DNA from: Promethearchaeota archaeon
GTDB lineage: Archaea; Asgardarchaeota; Lokiarchaeia; Sigyniarchaeales; SOKP01
NCBI GenBank assembly: GCA_048938005.1
Contig: JBHLMQ010000003.1
Span: 1 to 64,000, forward strand
DNA length: 64,000 bases
Direction: 5' to 3'
Shown here: positions 58,519-64,000 of the stretch, piece after piece
How the letters are laid out: each line of letters starts with the position of its first letter
Numbering within the stretch: position 1 is the stretch's first letter
Made by a program: the position numbers and the translations under genes
The notes under the pieces: model-generated
Databases searched by the model: none
Told to the model about the DNA's origin: nothing
Seen by the model: only the letters and a program-made list of their open reading frames with translations

Positions 58519-61500
58519 ATGACAAAATTAAAAAAAAAATCAAATTTATTAATTCTTACAATCCTTTTTGTCGCTTATTTTTTTATTCCAATGGTTGGAG
58601 TACAGTTAATAAATTATAGTTATTATGATAAAAATCTTAAAAGTACAATTGATTTAGATTCTTTACCTTCTTCATTATCATCACAAACTGATTCAAATAA
58701 TTTTAATTCTGAAGTTTATAATGGAATTGAAGGTTCAAAATATGATGATTTACTTAAGGAATTTTTATTAAATCAAACTTTGGATCAAAATAATAATCTA
58801 GTAGATACAAAAATTATTGTTCTTTTCGAAGACTACATTAGTAAGGATAATAGAATTACCATTATAGATTCAATTTTTGAAGATTATAAAATATTAAGCA
58901 ATTACGATATAATTCCTGGAGTTTACTTAAAAATAGATTACAACCAACTAATTAAAAATGAAGATGAAATTCAAGGGATTACAGCTATAAAAAAAATTTA
59001 TAAATCAAAAATATATCAATTGCCTTATAATACCGATGATAATCTTCAATTGAGCGCTTTAAATAAAGATGATTATTCTAACTGGTGGCTTACGGCTATT
59101 GGAGCAGAAAATCTAACATATGATGGAACCGGTGTGCGTGTAGCCATCATTGATACGGGGATTTATAATCATCCTGATTTGACTATTATAAATAGTAGTA
59201 ATTTTGTTTCTGATGAATTTACTGAAGATGATGTAATGGGCCATGGCACACATGTTGCTGGAATTGTTGGAAGTGATGGGGGCGGATCTTTAGGAGAATA
59301 TCGAGGTGTAGCTCCAGGAGTACAATTAATTAATGCGAGAGCATTAAACTCTAGTGGAGCAGCCGAAGAAGGTGATATTGTAAGTGCTATCCAATGGAGT
59401 TCTAAGCCAACTAGATTGGAAGGAGCTGGTGCTGATATAGTTTCTATGAGTTTTGGTTTTGTTGGTGGTTATCCATATATTTCTGATTCTATAACACAAG
59501 CGATTACAAATGCGAAAAATAACTTTGGTGTTATCTTTGTATCCTCTTCAGGTAATTCGGGACCTGAATATTTCACTGGCTCTACACCTGCTTCTGGTAT
59601 TGATGTAATTTCTGTAGGAGCAACTAATGAAAGTGATAATCTAGCTTCTTTTAGTAGTTGGGGTCCTACATTCAGATATCTAGGGTATCCTGATGTTGTA
59701 GCTCCTGGGGTAAATATTATTTCCACAGAAGCATTAGATTCCATTATTTCAAAAGAAGAACATTACAGAGGAGATTTCTTTGATTTTTCTGGTGATGCAG
59801 ATTACTTTCCTGCAAGTGGAACAAGTATGTCCTGTCCTATGGTTGCGGGAGCATTAGCAATTTTATTGGACGCTTATCCCTATCTTACACCAGAAACCGC
59901 TAGGATTGCTTTATTAGAAGGAGCAAGAAAACTCCCAAATGAAAACGATGATGATTTACTTAAATCTGGAGCAGGGATAATAAATGTTACTGCTTCTTTA
60001 AATTATTTAAATAGTTTAGGTTCGGATTATAATGATACGGCAAAACTCTATCCAGACGAACTTCCCGTTAAACCCTATGATTTATTACATTTTCCAGGAG
60101 ATCATCAAAAGTTTAATTTAACAGTACTCTCTGGTAAAAATAATACATATAATTTTAAGATTTCAGGCGATATGCAAGGAATTACGATTTCACTTAATAA
60201 GGTAAATTTAAATTTTTCAGATTCTGGAATAGGTTTTCTTGAAATGGAGTTAGAAATTGATAAAGATGCAACTCCTGGAATAAGAAATTTTCAGCTTAAT
60301 CTAACAAATGGAGGACAAGTTTATGATGCAGTAAATATCACTTTAGACATCCGTTTACCAGAGTATCGTATACTGATGGAATCGTATCATGGATTAAACG
60401 ATTGGTTTCCTGAAATTTCATTTTATCAGATGGGTTTTTATGATGCCATGGTAGATCTTGCTGATTTTAATATTTCAATTGACTATGATATGGAATACTG
60501 GACTCCTGATTATAATAAAGATTTGAATAATTCAATATTAACTGAAGAAAGACTAGCTCAATATGATATAGTTTTTCTACAAAACCCAATATTACCATAT
60601 AGTCCAATGGAAATAGATAATCTAAAAAAATATTTTGAAAGTGGAGGTAATTTATTATTTTTAGGAACTCGATACCAAGATATGGTTGTAGACAATATCA
60701 ATTATTTATTCTCAAGCTTAAATGTAAGTATTCAAGTAAATGAGGAAAATGTTATGAATGATAATTGGCTAGGAATAGGGGCAACCGTAAGTTCTCAAAG
60801 TGTAAATAATTTTAGCAATTCAAAAATTTTTAAAGATGTATCTCAATTCATATGGTATTATGGTAATAGTTTTACTGTTTCTAATGATGCTGAGTCTATT
60901 GCAACAATAAATAGTAAAACTGTAACAGCTCTTTATGATGGATCATCTCAAGATAAAGGACGATTTTTAGCTTTTGGTGATTTACATTGGATTTTTAACC
61001 AATATAAATCAAATACTTATACTCAAGACCATTTTAACCTCTTAAAAAATATAATGGAATTTTTCCTACCTCCAGAGGAAGTCTCCATTAATATTGGTTT
61101 AGGAAAGGATCGCATTTCAAATTCTAATATTGATATAACTGTCTATTTAAAAAATCAAACATCAGAATCTCCAATAACATCGATGGATTCTTTGAATATG
61201 ATCATTAAAAATGAAACTGAATCTTATTCAACTTTAATCACGTTAAACACCACACTTTCAGATAAAGGAATCTATTTTAATGACTCATTTAATATACCTC
61301 ATCCAAGTTATTCGCCATATTCTATTGAACTTAATTTAACAATTGGATCAAATACTTATAGTAAAAATACAAAAATCCTTTATTTTGACCAGATGGAAGT
61401 TCCGAAAATTATTGATTTATCTACTGATGATGATACACCTATAACAAGAGCTCCATCAGGTATCGGAAATTCAATTAATTTAATTGCTGAACTCGATAAT

Positions 61501-62532
61501 CCTTCATACGGGGATATAACTGGATATCTATCAATTTATTCTTATTCCTTCTACAATTCTAAAAAATCGGTTAATAAGACTTTAACATTCAATCCTAGTG
61601 TATTCAATACATACATCGAAAATTTTGATCCTGATATCACTGATCCCTCTGGATACGCTATTTTTTATATTATTCCTTTAAATTCTAACTATTTTAATCC
61701 AAATTCACCTAGATATCCATTTCAGATTATAAATAATCCCCCTGAAATATTGAAGCCAACCTCTGTTTTTAATTTTGATGGTAATTCTAATATTACTTTT
61801 GAGGATACACAAACTGACGGATATTCTTACTTTTATCGAGTTTCTCAAGGTAGTCGCTTTAATTTTTATGTAGACGTACAAGATTCTGTTAATTATGAAG
61901 ATGATAAATCTGATATGAGGGTATTCATAAATTTATTCATATTTTTCATAACAGATCTTGGATTCGGCATTTTTATTTTTCCAAGCTCTATTGAGGTTGA
62001 TGAATTATTTTATCAATTTTCTACAGATAAATATGAAGGTGTATTTGTTATTCCAGATTCAATGGAGTATAATACTATTACGGGGACTAAATCTATATCA
62101 ACAGTGTCTAAATATGATTCACTTACGGGCACGGGATTCATAGGAATCCTTTACATCACTGTATACGATAGTGAAGGAGAATCTGAATATTTTATTATTG
62201 GATTATTGATTTCTGAGCGCCCTATAAATTTATCTATGATTATTATTATTGTAATAGCCTTAATTGCTCTCATTGGAATTATAAGTATGTCAATTTATTA
62301 TACTAGAAGGAAAAAATATCCGAGAGTTTCACCATTTCAACAAGAATATCAGGAATATTACTACCCTCCATCTTATGAAGAACCAGAGGAAGAATCTTAT
62401 ATAACACCAGAACCTTTAGCCCCGCCAGGCGTTTCATTTTATTGCCCCTTCTGTGGAGAATTTATTAGAACTCCAAAGAAATTCTGTCCTCATTGTGGGG
62501 AATCTCTCCCTTTTAATCAACAAAATGAATAG
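58519..62532 (+). CDS. Membrane-anchored S8 subtilase with Site-1-protease-like C-terminal domains and zinc-ribbon tail
   Basis: IIDTG, GHGTHVAG, SSGNSG, SGTSMSCP; GATase-like/GIFT segment; TM near C-terminus; tail FYCPFCG...FCPHCG. Confidence 0.85.
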   Translation: MTKLKKKSNLLILTILFVAYFFIPMVGVQLINYSYYDKNLKSTIDLDSLPSSLSSQTDSNNFNSEVYNGIEGSKYDDLLKEFLLNQTLDQNNNLVDTKIIVLFEDYISKDNRITIIDSIFEDYKILSNYDIIPGVYLKIDYNQLIKNEDEIQGITAIKKIYKSKIYQLPYNTDDNLQLSALNKDDYSNWWLTAIGAENLTYDGTGVRVAIIDTGIYNHPDLTIINSSNFVSDEFTEDDVMGHGTHVAGIVGSDGGGSLGEYRGVAPGVQLINARALNSSGAAEEGDIVSAIQWSSKPTRLEGAGADIVSMSFGFVGGYPYISDSITQAITNAKNNFGVIFVSSSGNSGPEYFTGSTPASGIDVISVGATNESDNLASFSSWGPTFRYLGYPDVVAPGVNIISTEALDSIISKEEHYRGDFFDFSGDADYFPASGTSMSCPMVAGALAILLDAYPYLTPETARIALLEGARKLPNENDDDLLKSGAGIINVTASLNYLNSLGSDYNDTAKLYPDELPVKPYDLLHFPGDHQKFNLTVLSGKNNTYNFKISGDMQGITISLNKVNLNFSDSGIGFLEMELEIDKDATPGIRNFQLNLTNGGQVYDAVNITLDIRLPEYRILMESYHGLNDWFPEISFYQMGFYDAMVDLADFNISIDYDMEYWTPDYNKDLNNSILTEERLAQYDIVFLQNPILPYSPMEIDNLKKYFESGGNLLFLGTRYQDMVVDNINYLFSSLNVSIQVNEENVMNDNWLGIGATVSSQSVNNFSNSKIFKDVSQFIWYYGNSFTVSNDAESIATINSKTVTALYDGSSQDKGRFLAFGDLHWIFNQYKSNTYTQDHFNLLKNIMEFFLPPEEVSINIGLGKDRISNSNIDITVYLKNQTSESPITSMDSLNMIIKNETESYSTLITLNTTLSDKGIYFNDSFNIPHPSYSPYSIELNLTIGSNTYSKNTKILYFDQMEVPKIIDLSTDDDTPITRAPSGIGNSINLIAELDNPSYGDITGYLSIYSYSFYNSKKSVNKTLTFNPSVFNTYIENFDPDITDPSGYAIFYIIPLNSNYFNPNSPRYPFQIINNPPEILKPTSVFNFDGNSNITFEDTQTDGYSYFYRVSQGSRFNFYVDVQDSVNYEDDKSDMRVFINLFIFFITDLGFGIFIFPSSIEVDELFYQFSTDKYEGVFVIPDSMEYNTITGTKSISTVSKYDSLTGTGFIGILYITVYDSEGESEYFIIGLLISERPINLSMIIIIVIALIALIGIISMSIYYTRRKKYPRVSPFQQEYQEYYYPPSYEEPEEESYITPEPLAPPGVSFYCPFCGEFIRTPKKFCPHCGESLPFNQQNE

Positions 62533-62560
62533 GTGATTTTTTCCCCTAATACTGAGATAT

Positions 62561-63289
62561 TTATTTCTTTTTAAAGATAGTTAGCACGTTTCCATCTTCT
62601 AATCCAATATAAGCTTTAGAAGCCATTCCAATAAATAAGCCTGTATCAACAATCCCAGGAATAGGCAATATCTTTTTGTTTAGTTTGTTAGGATTATCTA
62701 TTTCACCAAAATCTACATCTATAATGAAGTTCCCGTTATCTGTAATTAAAGGACCACTCTTTGACTGAGCCATCCGAAGAACTGGATTTCCCCCTAAATT
62801 TTTAAATTTTTTAATTATTGGAAAATAAGCCATGGGAATTACTTCGATAGGAATTCCATTTTTCCAATTCATACCCAATTTTTCCGAATTTTTTCTGAAA
62901 TCTACAATAATAATAATTTCTTTTGAGTTAGAAGCAAGAATTTTCTCTTGAACTAAGCAACCACCCCCACCTTTAATTAAATTAAGTTCTTTGTCTATCT
63001 CATCGGCACCATCAAAATCTAAATCAATTTCTGGGTGTTGCTCTAAAGATACTAACTCTAATCCATTCTCAATAATTAGTTGAGATGCTTGAAATGAGCT
63101 TGGAATGCATTTTAAATTTAAAGATTTTTCTTTATTTAATTCTCCTAATCTTTTTACAGCATATACTACAGTTGATCCACTGCCAATTCCAATGATCATA
63201 TTCTTTTTAACATTTTCTTCCACGGCTTTTTTAGCAGCATTCTTTTTTCCTAATTCAATTAAATTTTCAGTCAATTTTTTTCCCTCCAA
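62561..63289 (-). CDS. rpiA: Ribose-5-phosphate isomerase A
   Basis: GIGSGST, DGADE, KGGGG..QEK, TDNGN. Confidence 0.95.
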   Translation of the reverse strand: MEGKKLTENLIELGKKNAAKKAVEENVKKNMIIGIGSGSTVVYAVKRLGELNKEKSLNLKCIPSSFQASQLIIENGLELVSLEQHPEIDLDFDGADEIDKELNLIKGGGGCLVQEKILASNSKEIIIIVDFRKNSEKLGMNWKNGIPIEVIPMAYFPIIKKFKNLGGNPVLRMAQSKSGPLITDNGNFIIDVDFGEIDNPNKLNKKILPIPGIVDTGLFIGMASKAYIGLEDGNVLTIFKKK

Positions 63290-63290
63290 T

Positions 63291-63698
63291 TTATTTATTT
63301 AATAAATTAAGGATTCGGATTGCTAAATAGGCAGCATTTTCTCCACGATCTACACCAACACATGCAACAGGTACGCCAGGTGGCATTTGTACAATCGATA
63401 ACAAAGCATCTATTCCACCTAGTTTTGCACTAACCGGAACGCCAATTACGGGTTTATCTGTTTTTGATGCAATAACACCAGGTAAAGCAGCAGATAATCC
63501 TGCAACAGCTATATAAACTAATGAATGACAATTCTTAATATAATTATCTAATTCTTCTGGATCTCTGTGCGCTGAGATAATTTTTAACTCATATGAAATT
63601 TTATTTTCTTTTAGAACTCTCTCTGTTTTCTCATATACTTCTTTATCAGAAGTACTACCCGCGACAATTGAAACTAAAGTTTTATTAGGACTAGACAT
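63291..63698 (-). CDS. purE: PurE-family AIR carboxylase/N5-CAIR mutase
   Basis: [33 protein letters not shown]. Confidence 0.95.
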   Translation of the reverse strand: MSSPNKTLVSIVAGSTSDKEVYEKTERVLKENKISYELKIISAHRDPEELDNYIKNCHSLVYIAVAGLSAALPGVIASKTDKPVIGVPVSAKLGGIDALLSIVQMPPGVPVACVGVDRGENAAYLAIRILNLLNK

Positions 63699-63874
63699 AA
63701 TTAATCTAACTTATTGAAAAATAAAAAGTATTTTAATAGGTTCTTAATATCAATAATAAATTTTCTGAAAAGGAATGTTTAATTATCAAAAATTTTAATA
63801 AATTTTTTTAATTCCATAAGTTAATATTTAAAAATTGAATATTATTTTAAAAAAAGTTAAGAGTGATATCTAAA

Positions 63875-64000
63875 ATGGAATTGAAAGAAGTTTGGTTGAT
63901 AGATTATGCTAGGACTGCTTTCTCTCGATCGAGACCACGTCAACCCGAAAGAGATGTATTTAGTGAAATTAGAGGAGATGAGCTTCTTGCTACGCTATTA
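63875..64000 (+). CDS. Thiolase (acetyl-CoA acyltransferase), N-terminal part (runs off window end)
   Basis: Not in ORF track. MELKEVWLIDYARTAFSRSRP...DVFSEIRGDELLA, typical thiolase N-terminus; GAGTGA SD. Confidence 0.75.
   Translation, partial: MELKEVWLIDYARTAFSRSRPRQPERDVFSEIRGDELLATLL

Noticed and set aside
1190-63302. Numerous short ORF-track entries antisense to or nested in longer genes (e.g. 1190-1447, 15946-16401, 29116-29499, 53775-54146, 59469-59744)
   Set aside because: Shadow ORFs overlapping well-supported genes, with no recognisable motifs
56575-64000. Integrated element at tRNA-Ala
   Set aside because: No integrase and no duplicated tRNA 3' end seen in the window; housekeeping rpiA/purE follow within 6 kb

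Overview
AT-rich, gene-dense archaeal chromosomal segment. Its content points to Asgard archaea (Lokiarchaeia-like): two small GTPases, roadblock/longin/uDENN-like proteins, a PGY C-terminal sorting signal, NreA, PAC2, DUF2070 and a CCA-less tRNA-Ala(GGC). The taxonomy is inferred from gene content only. Recognisable blocks: queD and an SDR-QueC fusion; a kinase plus a pair of coiled-coil/winged-helix genes; a TetR operon; tungstate ABC transporter tupABC and a molybdopterin/W-cofactor cluster (moaC-moaA-moaD-moaE-moeA-moaB-moeA); FTR1; MoxR-vWA; tandem DUF362 paralogs; acyl-CoA ligase/KAS III/DRE-TIM synthase; a B12-mutase-like gene with an opine dehydrogenase; a multi-TM TIR protein; a Site-1-protease-like subtilase; rpiA/purE. 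Best leads: (1) a candidate -1 programmed frameshift (G GAT TTT CAA TAG) joining MoxR to a start-less vWA frame; (2) the SDR-QueC fusion divergent from queD; (3) a B12-mutase/opine dehydrogenase cassette bracketed by direct repeats; (4) a membrane TIR protein next to the tRNA; (5) an S1P-like protease sharing a Tyr-rich zinc-ribbon tail with an unrelated membrane protein; (6) two matching ModE-type operators before tupA and moaC; (7) a GTPase that appears to need an ATA start. No CRISPR array, rRNA, integrase or transposase was seen. All family calls come from motif recognition by eye; no searches were run.
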